A stretch of 64,000 nucleotides of DNA. It comes from an uncultured Planctomycetaceae bacterium. GTDB lineage: Bacteria; Planctomycetota; Planctomycetia; Pirellulales; PALSA-1355. The DNA lies in assembly GCA_963785305.1 (NCBI GenBank), contig CAWAUV010000007.1, forward strand, positions 896,001 to 960,000. The letters run 5' to 3'. The translations under genes and the position numbers were made by a program. Below the pieces are notes generated by a model. The model saw nothing but the letters and a program-made list of their open reading frames with translations, made no database searches and was not told the DNA's origin. Below, piece after piece: positions 33,110 through 41,765 of the stretch. Numbering within the stretch: the first letter of the stretch is position 1; each line of letters begins with the position of its first letter.

Positions 33110-34164
33110 GCATCAGCGTCAGGAATATCACCAAGCGATGGGGCGCCTTCACCGCGCTCGACGACATCAGCCTGGAAGTCGAAAACGGTTCGTTGCTCGC
33201 GCTGCTCGGCCCCTCGGGCTCAGGAAAAACCACGCTGCTCAGGATCATTGCCGGACTCGAAATGGCGGACTCCGGAAAGGTGCTGCACGCCGACAAGGAC
33301 CTTTCGGACGCGTCGGCGCGCGAGCGCAATGTGGGATTCGTGTTCCAGCACTATGCGTTGTTCCGGCACATGACCGTGTTCGAGAACGTGGCTTTCGGGC
33401 TACGCGTTCGCAAGGTCGCCAAGCGGGAGATTCGCGACCGAGTCAACGAGCTACTGCATTTGGTGCGGCTCGAGGATTTGGGCGGGCGCTATCCCGCGCA
33501 GCTTTCCGGCGGTCAGCGGCAGCGCATCGCGCTGGCCCGCGCGCTGGCGATTCGCCCCAAAGTGCTGCTGCTCGACGAGCCCTTCGGCGCGCTCGACGCC
33601 AAGGTTCGTCAAGAGCTCCGCGCGTGGCTGCGTCAATTGCATGACGAGATTCACATGACCAGCGTGTTTGTCACCCACGATCAAGAAGAGGCTTTCGAGG
33701 TGGCGGATCGGGTGGTCGTGATGAATCGCGGTCGCATCGAACAGATCGGTTCGCCCGACGAGGTCTTCGACCATCCGGCGAATCCCTTTGTGATGGACTT
33801 CCTTGGCAACGTGAACATTTTTCATGGGCGAGCCTGCAAGGGACGCGCGGGAATCAACGGCCTGGAAGTCGACTTTCCCGATTACCCTCATTCCCACGAA
33901 CGCGCCGCGATGCTTTATGTGCGTCCCCATGAGCTCGAAATTCATCGCGAGGCGAACGGCGCCGGCGGCTTGCGAGCGACGGTGGAGCGAGTAAGCCGCG
34001 CCGGCTCGCTGGCCAGGGTGGCGCTCCAGTCGCTGGATCATGGCTTTGGTTTGAATGTGGAGTTGAGCTCGCATCGGTGTCGGGAACTGGCCCTCGAACG
34101 CGGCGATCAGGTCTATGTTTCGCCGCGCAATGTCCGCGTGTTTTTGCCGGAATATGTAATTTAG
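33106..34164 (+). CDS. cysA: Sulfate ABC transporter ATPase CysA
   Basis: [44 protein letters not shown]-terminal TOBE region. Confidence 0.96.
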   Translation: MSISVRNITKRWGAFTALDDISLEVENGSLLALLGPSGSGKTTLLRIIAGLEMADSGKVLHADKDLSDASARERNVGFVFQHYALFRHMTVFENVAFGLRVRKVAKREIRDRVNELLHLVRLEDLGGRYPAQLSGGQRQRIALARALAIRPKVLLLDEPFGALDAKVRQELRAWLRQLHDEIHMTSVFVTHDQEEAFEVADRVVVMNRGRIEQIGSPDEVFDHPANPFVMDFLGNVNIFHGRACKGRAGINGLEVDFPDYPHSHERAAMLYVRPHELEIHREANGAGGLRATVERVSRAGSLARVALQSLDHGFGLNVELSSHRCRELALERGDQVYVSPRNVRVFLPEYVI

Positions 34165-34238
34165 AGCCTATCCGACAACTCCCCCTCTCCCTTTGGGAGA
34201 GGGTAGGGTGAGGTCGCGATGAAGCTCTCGGATAGGCT
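34165..34238 (+). repeat. MITE/REP-like element, family A, copy 2
   Basis: Perfect 11-bp terminal inverted repeats AGCCTATCCGA/TCGGATAGGCT around a CCCTCTCCC-TTT-GGGAGAGGG hairpin; begins directly after the cysA TAG. Confidence 0.85.
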
Positions 34239-34312
34239 GTTGAAGTCCCGAACGTTCAGAACCCCCGGCAGTGTAAGGGATTAACCGTGAGGATAGGATC
34301 GGAGGAATTGCG

Positions 34313-34540
34313 ATGAGCGAAAAGTTTCGAGTCAATCCGCCCGAGTCAACCGCCGCGACGACGGGGTCGCGGCGCAACGCGCCGGCCTTGGACCCCGCCA
34401 TTGAATATGTGCGCCAGGCCATGATCGGCATGCAGTTCGGGCAAGTCGCGATCATCGTGCAAGATGGCGTCATCGTGCAGATCGATCGCACGGAGCGGCG
34501 GCGTTTTCGCCGCGGCGAAAATCGAATCAAACACTCATAA
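34313..34540 (+). CDS. YezD/DUF2292-family small protein
   Basis: MQFGQVAIIVQDGVIVQIDRTERRR; family commonly found next to sulfur uptake genes. Confidence 0.88.
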   Translation: MSEKFRVNPPESTAATTGSRRNAPALDPAIEYVRQAMIGMQFGQVAIIVQDGVIVQIDRTERRRFRRGENRIKHS

Positions 34541-34980
34541 TCCGAAACACTCGCGAGCTTTTTGGCGCTGGCGCCTTGCGAGTCGGCCCCAAAACCTGGC
34601 AAGCGATGGATCGCATCTCGCGCGGTCGCGCCGCGGCTGCGATATTTCAGCCTGTCGACGCCTTTGGCTGCTTGCCCCGCGGGCAGACACTGGAAGACGA
34701 GCGGCAAGCCCCGGGGCGCCGCAAACCGCTTGCTCTTTCTTGCACGCGAAACGGCTGCGAGCTAGCATTGTCGTTTGTCGACCGGGGCCGCCCGTTGGAT
34801 GCCGGCGCGTCACTCGATGGGACACGCCGGCGCCGTCCGAGGGCGCTCCGGCCAGTCGACTCGAAAACACGATTGTCATACTTTTGATCACCACTTGACC
34901 GGGGAACACGCCAATGTCGCTACGCATCGTCCGTCTCGGTTTTTTGCCCGCATATTTCACGATCTGGGAGTACACGGAAG

Positions 34981-35947
34981 ATGAAGCGAAGCGTTTTGCC
35001 TCTTGTTCTTTTTTTCGCGGTTCTGATTGCCGCGTCGGTTGCGTCGGCTGACACATTTCAGACTCTCGACGCTCCGTTTACCACGCAGGGCACGTCAGCC
35101 TATGGAGTATATGGCAATAATGTCGTGGGACTCGCCTATGCCTCCTCGGCCGGCGGCGGCGGCGGCGGCTTTTTGTACAACGGCACGAGCTACACGCTGT
35201 TAAACGACCCTTCCGCCACGAACGGCACCGTGGCTGCTGGCATCGACGGCGCCAACATCGTCGGATATTACTCACCGGGCGTTCAGATCGACGGCTTTCT
35301 CTACAACGGCGCGACCTGGACCACGCTGCAAGACCCGCTCGCCGCGCAGGGCACCTTTCCAAGCGGCATTTCCGGCGCCAATATGGGGGGTTTTACACGG
35401 ACGCGTCCTCGGTCGACCACGGCTTTCTTTACAACGGCGTGGGTTACACGTCGCTGAACGACCCGCTGGGTGTGCAGGGCACCGACTCGTTGGGCATCGA
35501 TGGCGCCAACATCGTTGGATACTACAGCGACGCGTCGTACACCGCCCACGGCTTTCTCTACAACGGCGCGACCTTTACCACACTGGACGACCCGCTCGGC
35601 GCAGGGCACCTATGCCGTGGGCATCAGCGGCAACAATATCGTGGGCTATTACACGGACTCGGTTGGCAACAACCACGGCTTTCTTTACAACGACGCGACA
35701 AACACCTATACCACGCTCGATGATCCGCTGGGCGCAAGGCACGCAGGCACAAGGCATCGACGGCAACACCGTCGTCGGAGTCTATTACGACGGATCGGGC
35801 AATCCGCATGGCTTTATCGATACCCTCAGCCCCGTGCCCGAGCCATCGACTTTGGCGCTCGCCTCGCTCGGCGCCGCGGCGCTTACCGGATTTCTCTGGC
35901 GCCGCCGCCAGACGAAGCCTTCCGCAGCGAGCGGCGCGGGACCATGA
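34981..35947 (+). CDS. PEP-CTERM surface protein with ~42-aa repeats, likely beta-propeller (3 frameshifts)
   Basis: Signal peptide; about 6 repeats GIDGxNIVGYY..HGFLYNG.T.TTLDDPL; VPEPSTLALASLG-TM-WRRR sorting tail. Confidence 0.9.
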
Positions 35948-36011
35948 TGCATGAAATCGTTCGTTTCCCGAATCCAAGGGGTTAGGGCTCGATGTTTGGA
36001 GGGACCGCCGT

Positions 36012-36052
36012 GAAATCAATGAGTTCCGACCCGTTTGGTCCTGACCCCCTTT
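36012..36052 (+). repeat. Direct repeat (left) flanking the TA cassette, plus a partial tandem copy
   Basis: GAAATCAATGAGTTCCGACCCGTTT, 20/25 identical to 36690-36714, followed by GTCCTGACCCCCTTT. Confidence 0.7.
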
Positions 36053-36091
36053 GGCTTGCTCCGCCCATTGCGACGAATGCGATTGCGGACT

Positions 36092-36121
36092 GGGTGGCAT
36101 GCCCACGCTTGCGTGGGCATG
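36092..36121. repeat. REP-like palindrome, family B, copy 3 (singlet)
   Basis: GGGTGGCATGCCCACGCTTGCGTGGGCATG. Confidence 0.85.
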
Positions 36122-36169
36122 TGGGCGACGCGCGACGCGAATTGTGATTTGTCGCGCGGCAACAGTCGA

Positions 36170-36333
36170 ACGGTAAGCGGCGTTCGGAAGCGTTGCGGCT
36201 CTCTTTCGATCGCCGCCAGCGCGTGCCCCAGATCGTCGACGAACCGGCTTCCCAGGCCGGTCGCCCGGCCTTCAAGATAGCCTCGGGCCTGGACGATTTC
36301 GGCTTCGGCCGCGGCCAGGACGCGGAGATTCAC
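36170..36333 (-). pseudogene. RelE/ParE-family toxin, C-terminal half missing
   Basis: MNLRVLAAAEAEIVQARGYLEGRATGLGSRFVDDL...IEREPQRF, then reads into unrelated/REP sequence; no FPY.I.Y or downstream strands. Confidence 0.75.
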
Positions 36334-36590
36334 TTCGTCGGTCCACCGGCCGGCGAACGGCGCAAATCGGCCATCACTTCCGCCGCCGGACGCGCCGGCG
36401 TTGTGCCATCGCGATAGGAGGCCGATCGGCGCTGCAACTCGGCGAGCAGTTCGCCCCCGGTCAGGGCGTCTGGAGCGGCCGCGGCCAGAGCCTCGGGCAA
36501 AAGACTGTCGCCCAGCGCCGCCGCGACAAACGCCCGATCCGCCAGCGGCAATGTGAGTGCTTGCTCCAGAATCTCTTCACGATGAGACAT
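36330..36590 (-). CDS. Addiction-module antitoxin (TIGR02574-like)
   Basis: EILEQALTLPLADRAFVAAALGDSL...ELQRR...G..PARPAAEV; GTGA overlap with the toxin. Confidence 0.85.
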   Translation of the reverse strand: MSHREEILEQALTLPLADRAFVAAALGDSLLPEALAAAAPDALTGGELLAELQRRSASYRDGTTPARPAAEVMADLRRSPAGGPTK

Positions 36591-36689
36591 GGCGGCGCCC
36601 CCTTTGTTCACCATTTTCTCACGCTCGCCGGCCTCCGTCGAGAGATTTGACCGGTTGTTTCCGACTTCGACGGCGAGGATACCGCATAC

Positions 36690-36714
36690 GAAATCGATGA
36701 GTCCTGCCCCCTTT
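36690..36714 (+). repeat. Direct repeat (right) flanking the TA cassette
   Basis: GAAATCGATGAGTCCTGCCCCCTTT. Confidence 0.7.
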
Positions 36715-36978
36715 CGCTCGATGCCATAATGGGGCTCGAGCCGGAGAAAGTGGCGGAAGGTGAGACGCGGGAGCCTATAGTGCGGGGGACGCGGGCTCGC
36801 CGTGATCCGGGTTTTGTCGGGTCGCATTTCGCCGGGCGTCGCTGGGCGTCGCTACTGATTGAACTCGAGCATTGCTCGACCGGTGCGCCATGGGCTATGC
36901 TGGACGCCCCTGCCTCCTCGCCGCGCTCGTCCGCTCGGCGCGGGTTTGGCTTTCTTCGTCTTTGGATCGAGAACTGGC

Positions 36979-37398
36979 ATGCCTTGGCGTCATCGAATTT
37001 TGCAACTGCCGGCGTTTCCGCGCGGGTTTCATCTCATTACCGAACATGTGCTCGGCGCCGTGCCCGAGATCGCCGATATTCGCGTCGGGCTCTTGCATGT
37101 CTTCATCCAACACACCTCGGCCTCGCTCGCGATCAACGAAAACGCCGACGCCGATGTGCGGGCCGATCTCGAAACGGCCTTGAACACGATCGCCCCCGAA
37201 TCGCTGCCCTATGTCCACACGATCGAAGGCCCCGACGATATGCCGGCCCATGTCAAAGCGGCCTTGATCGGTTCGAGCGTGAGCATGCCGATCGAACATG
37301 GGCGGCCGATGCTGGGCGTCTGGCAGGGAATCTATCTCTGCGAGCACCGCAACCACGCCGGCCGACGAAAACTGGTGCTCACCCTCGCCGGCGAATGA
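36979..37398 (+). CDS. yjbQ: YjbQ/UPF0047 family protein
   Basis: QHTSASLAINENAD, EGPDDMPAHVK, LGVWQGIYLCEHR. Confidence 0.93.
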   Translation: MPWRHRILQLPAFPRGFHLITEHVLGAVPEIADIRVGLLHVFIQHTSASLAINENADADVRADLETALNTIAPESLPYVHTIEGPDDMPAHVKAALIGSSVSMPIEHGRPMLGVWQGIYLCEHRNHAGRRKLVLTLAGE

Positions 37399-37455
37399 CG
37401 TGAACGCTCGCAACGAGGCAGGCTCGCGCCGGCGGGCTAGGCCAGGGCAGCGCGA

Positions 37456-38568
37456 TCATTTGCCGCGGGTGATTCGGCCGTGGATATGTAGGTCGTTGCC
37501 CAGAAGTTCGCTTTGGGTTTCGTCGAGCTTGAGCGCTTCGCCGAGCCGCTCGATGCCGTGGCCCGCGATCGGCGATGGAGCTCCCGCGCCGCCAAGAATC
37601 GTGGCGGCCAAGAAAACATGCGCTTCGTCGATCTCGCGGGCATCGAGCAAACCGCCGAGCAGTTGCCCGCCGCCTTCGACCAGCAAATTCGTCATTCGCC
37701 GGCGGCCCAGTTCATCGAGCAATTCGAGCAACCGCTCGGCGTGACTCGCGCCCGCGAGCTCGAGCACTTCGCAGCCGGCCGCTTCCAATCGCGAGCAGCG
37801 GTCGTCGGGCGCCCAGCGAGCCACCGCCACCAGCACCGGAGTCTCGCGAGCCGTGCGCACCAATTGACTGTCGGGCGAGAGCGATGCTTGCGAGTCGAGC
37901 ACGATGCGCGTCGCCTCGCGCGGGCCCGGCGGTCGAGCCGTGAGCAACGGATCGTCGCGCTGGGCCGTGCCACGACCCACCAGCACGCCATCGACCCGCC
38001 CGCGCAGGCGCGTGCACCACGAATCGCGACTCGGGCCCCGAGATCCAGCGGCTTTCGCCGGTCGAGGTGGCAATGCGGCCATCGAGCGTCATTGCCCACT
38101 TGGCGATCACCCACGGCCGGCCGGCGCCGAGCAGCTTCAAATACGGCGCGTTGAGTCGCCGGGCCTCGTCTTCGAGCACTCCGACTTCCGTCTCGATGCC
38201 CATGCTCGCGAGCTCGGCCAACCCGCGGCCCGCGACTTCGGGAAACGGATCGCGCATCGCCGCCACCACGCGGCGAATGCCGGCTTCGCGAATCGCCGCC
38301 ACGCAGGGCGGAGTCTTGCCGAAATGGCGGCAAGGTTCGAGCGTCACGAAGAGCGTCGCCCCCGGGCGCGCGCGGGCCGGCCGCGCAGGGCCTCGACCTC
38401 GGCATGCGGTCCGCCAAACAGGGCGTGGGCGCCCTCGCTCACAAGGCCGTGCTCATCGACGATCACGCAGCCCACCATGGGATTCGGCTCGACGAAGCCT
38501 TGGCCACGCTGGGCGAGCTCCAAGGCCCGGAGCATGTGCATGCGGTCGAAAATCGAATCGTCGTGCAT
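37456..38568 (-). CDS. ribD: Bifunctional riboflavin deaminase/reductase (frameshifts near 38370 and 38010)
   Basis: [50 protein letters not shown]. Confidence 0.95.
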
Positions 38569-38737
38569 GGCGAGGCGGGTTTTCCGATAAATCGAGCGGG
38601 AGCGCCGGGCGCGGCGAGCAGCGAGCCGCGCCCAATTCGAGCGGCCAGCGCCAGGAGCGGCGGGGCGCTGGGCATTATAGCACGCAGCCGAGCGAGGTCA
38701 CCGCGATGCCTCGTGTCTCGCGGCTCCGGCGGGCAGC

Positions 38738-38766
38738 TTGAGCGATTGCCGCAAATGCCGTACAAT
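38738..38766 (+). promoter_or_regulatory. Sigma70-type promoter for ndk
   Basis: TTGAGC, 17 bp spacer, TACAAT. Confidence 0.6.
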
Positions 38767-38803
38767 TCGCGGCTTTAGTCGCCGAACCGCTCGCGAATGT
38801 AAT

Positions 38804-38881
38804 TAAGAGCCTATCCGACAACTCCCGCCTCTCCCTTTGGGAGAGGGCAGGGCGAGGGCTCGCCGAAGTTCTCGGATAGGC
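38804..38881 (+). repeat. MITE/REP-like element, family A, copy 3 (in the ndk leader)
   Basis: Terminal inverted repeats GCCTATCCGA/TCGGATAGGC around CCTCTCCC-TTT-GGGAGAGG; near-identical to 34165-34238. Confidence 0.85.
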
Positions 38882-38962
38882 CGTAATTCGCTGGGGCGGC
38901 CGGCGGCCAGTTCCTCCCCAACCCCGACCGCACTTTTTTCGCACGCTGGAGATTGAAGCATC

Positions 38963-39424
38963 GTGGAACGCACGCTGATCTTGCTCAAGCCCGACGCCGT
39001 TCAGCGTCGTCTTGTGGGTCGTATCTTGAGTCGTTTCGAGGACAAGGGCTTGAACATCGTGGCCCTGAAGTGGATGCGCGTCACGCCCGCGCTTTCCAAG
39101 CAGCACTATGCCGAACATGTGCAGAAGCCGTTTTATCCGAACCTGGAGAGCTTCATCACGGGCGGGCCGATCGTGGCCTGTATCCTCGAAGGGCTCGAAG
39201 TGATTCGCGTGGTGCGCGAAATGCTCGGGGCCACCAGCGGGCTCAAGGCCGCCGCGGGCACGATTCGCGGCGACTTCAGCTCCAGCCGCCAGATGAACCT
39301 GGTGCATGCCTCCGATGGCCCCGAGGCCGCCCAGCGCGAGATCGCGCTCTATTTCTCGAAAGATGAAATCGTCGCCGACGAGCCGACCATCAAGCCTTGG
39401 CTTCGCGCCGATGACGAGAAATGA
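38963..39424 (+). CDS. ndk: Nucleoside diphosphate kinase
   Basis: ERTLILLKPDAVQR, GTIRGDF, NLVHASD. Confidence 0.97.
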   Translation: MERTLILLKPDAVQRRLVGRILSRFEDKGLNIVALKWMRVTPALSKQHYAEHVQKPFYPNLESFITGGPIVACILEGLEVIRVVREMLGATSGLKAAAGTIRGDFSSSRQMNLVHASDGPEAAQREIALYFSKDEIVADEPTIKPWLRADDEK

Positions 39425-39511
39425 GCGAGACAGTATTTTGTTTTTAGCGAGATTCTTAGCGAGAGCGCGGCCGCTCATCGCAATAGCGCTCGCTATTTGA
39501 ATCGCTGAATC

Positions 39512-40490
39512 CTAGTCGACGAGCTTCGCCGCCGTGGTTTCGGCCCGCAGTTCGTCGATCATATGGCGCGTGGCTTTTTCCACGGCAAGCTGCCACTGGC
39601 TTTCGGCCAGGTCGGCGAATTCTTTACGCGAGTGGGCGAAAATAAGGGCCCGCGAATTGTTGACGATCGCGCCGAGCCCCGCGGAATCGAAGGCCCCGGC
39701 CACGTCGCGAGCGCCGGCGCCTTGCGCCGTAGCCGGGCACCAGCAGCCAGGCGCTCGGCATGGCGGCGCGAAGCTCGGCGAGCTGTTCGGGATAGGTCGC
39801 ACCGGCCACGGCCCCCACGGCGCCATAGCGGCTCGCCGAGTCAACGCTCGCGGGTTCGCGCACCGTTTGCTCGGCCAGCTTTTGCACTCGCGCGGCGACA
39901 TGCCGATAGAGCGGCTGTCCATCGGCCACGAGGTCTTGAAAGGCCCCGCCGCCGGGATTGGAGGTCTTCACAAGCACAAACAGTCCGGCGCCACGCTCGA
40001 CGGCGATTTCGACAAACGGTTCCAGGCTATCGTCGCCCAGGTAAGGGCTCACCGTGAGCGCGTCGGCGCCCCAGGGGCTCGCCGGGGGTGGCCCGAGATA
40101 GGCGCGGGCATAAGCCGCGGCTGTCGTGCCGATGTCGTTACGCTTGCCATCGAGCACCACCAGCAGGTTCATGCTCCGCGCATGTCGCATTACCTCGGCC
40201 AGCACCGCGAGCCCCGGCGGCCCAAGCTCCTCGAAGAAGGCCATTTGCGGCTTCACGGCCGGCACGAGCGGCGCGACCACATCGATCACCTCGCGGCAAA
40301 AAACGCCGTAAGCGGCGGCGATCGCGGCGAGATTGGCGTCGTCGACCTCGCGTCGCACGGCGGGGGGCAACTGCTCGAACCGCGGATCGAGGCCCACGAG
40401 GACCGGCGTTTGGCGCTGGTGGACAGCGCTCGCCAGACGACCGGCAAAGTCGAGCGGCGGTTGACGATAAGTGGGCGATTGACCGTTCAT
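39512..40490 (-). CDS. pyrF: Orotidine-5'-phosphate decarboxylase (frameshift near 39725)
   Basis: [46 protein letters not shown]. Confidence 0.95.
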
Positions 40491-40599
40491 GACGCGTCAC
40501 GATATCGCATCGCGCGGGCGATGGCAATCGCCACAATGCGAAGCCACGTCGACATCGATCATGGCAATCGATGACGGTGAGCGGCGTTTAGCGCGCCCG

Positions 40600-40977
40600 C
40601 TAGCGCTGCGGCTGCATGGAGAGCACGTAGAGAAATACGCCACTTGCGGCAACCAAAATCACAAGCATCAAAGGCAACCAAAGGAGCGCCGATAAATATC
40701 CCTTGCAGAAAAGCCACCGCGAGATGTTTCCGATCGCCACACCCTCGCGAGCGCGCTGCTGAGCGACGTCTCTCCAGACAAACACCACGCCAACCAGGGC
40801 GCCGATGATTCCGCCGACCCCCGCGTAAGCCGCAGTTTTTTGCAGGCTCCAACCAGCTTCATATTTCCGAATTCCCCCCGCGACAATCACTGCCAGAACG
40901 AGTGTGCAGCCTCCGATCCTAAGGATCGGGTGGGCATTGCCGCGAAACAGCGTATCGAGAGTTTCTTCAATTTTCAT
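40600..40977 (-). CDS. Small hypothetical membrane protein (3 TM)
   Basis: 125-aa ORF with three hydrophobic segments filling the intergenic gap. Confidence 0.65.
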   Translation of the reverse strand: MKIEETLDTLFRGNAHPILRIGGCTLVLAVIVAGGIRKYEAGWSLQKTAAYAGVGGIIGALVGVVFVWRDVAQQRAREGVAIGNISRWLFCKGYLSALLWLPLMLVILVAASGVFLYVLSMQPQR

Positions 40978-41141
40978 AAGGGGAGACGCGTCGCGACTTC
41001 GAGACTTATCGACGAAGAGATCGGGATTTTAACCGCGTCATTTAGCGAATGCAAACATCGACCAAAAGTATGAAATCGTCGAAGCCGCTCGCCCTGCGCG
41101 AGGTCAGATTCCGGCAGGGCAGCGAGTCTTCCTCCACGGCG

Positions 41142-41591
41142 TTAGCGCACCGCTTTCTTGACGAGCCCGCCGATCCGTGCCTCGTCGGCGGCGGTCAGTT
41201 CCTTCAGTGCGAAGGCCGTCGGCCACATGTTCCCTTCGTCGAGATTTGCCTCGTGCATGAAGCCGAGCGTCGCATAGCGTGTCTTGAACTTGCACGCGCT
41301 TTGAAAGAAACAGACGATCTTTCCCTGCTTAGCATAGGCGGGCATGCCATACCAATGCCGCGGCATGAGCGCCGGCGCGGTGGCGGTGACGATCGCATGA
41401 ACCCGCTCGCCCAGGATACGATCTAGGCCCGACATCGCGGCGATCGTGGCGAGCACGTCGCTTTCCCCATCGACTTTTGTCGGTCGCGGGCGAGGCCGCG
41501 CGGTGGCCTTCTTCGTGGCGCGCTTGGCAGTTTCCCGCGGAGTGCTTTTGTCGTTGATTTTGCTTTTAGCGCGATCGTTGGTTTTCGCCAT
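41142..41591 (-). CDS. DUF1801/YdhG-family protein
   Basis: [30 protein letters not shown]...MWPTAFAL. Confidence 0.9.
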   Translation of the reverse strand: MAKTNDRAKSKINDKSTPRETAKRATKKATARPRPRPTKVDGESDVLATIAAMSGLDRILGERVHAIVTATAPALMPRHWYGMPAYAKQGKIVCFFQSACKFKTRYATLGFMHEANLDEGNMWPTAFALKELTAADEARIGGLVKKAVR

Positions 41592-41765
41592 TGGTTGTGC
41601 CCGCTCGATGAAAACAAATCCCGCGGAGAACCGAGTTCTTGTCAACAACCTATTTACGCCGATCCCTCCAAGTCAAGTCCGAGGTGATTTCTCACATCGT
41701 GAGACTTGCCGACCACGAGTCGCGACCCCGAGCCGCTCTCTGATTGCGGCGAATAGTCGCGGCCA

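Noticed and set aside
34981..35830. Regularly spaced DNA repeats resembling a CRISPR array
   Set aside because: They are coding repeats with synonymous variation inside a PEP-CTERM gene; no unique spacers or cas genes
38569..38800. FMN riboswitch before ribD
   Set aside because: No RFN consensus on the minus strand
41690..41704. TCTCAC-N3-GTGAGA palindrome upstream of the DUF1801 gene
   Set aside because: Single short palindrome with no second copy or adjacent regulator; could be chance
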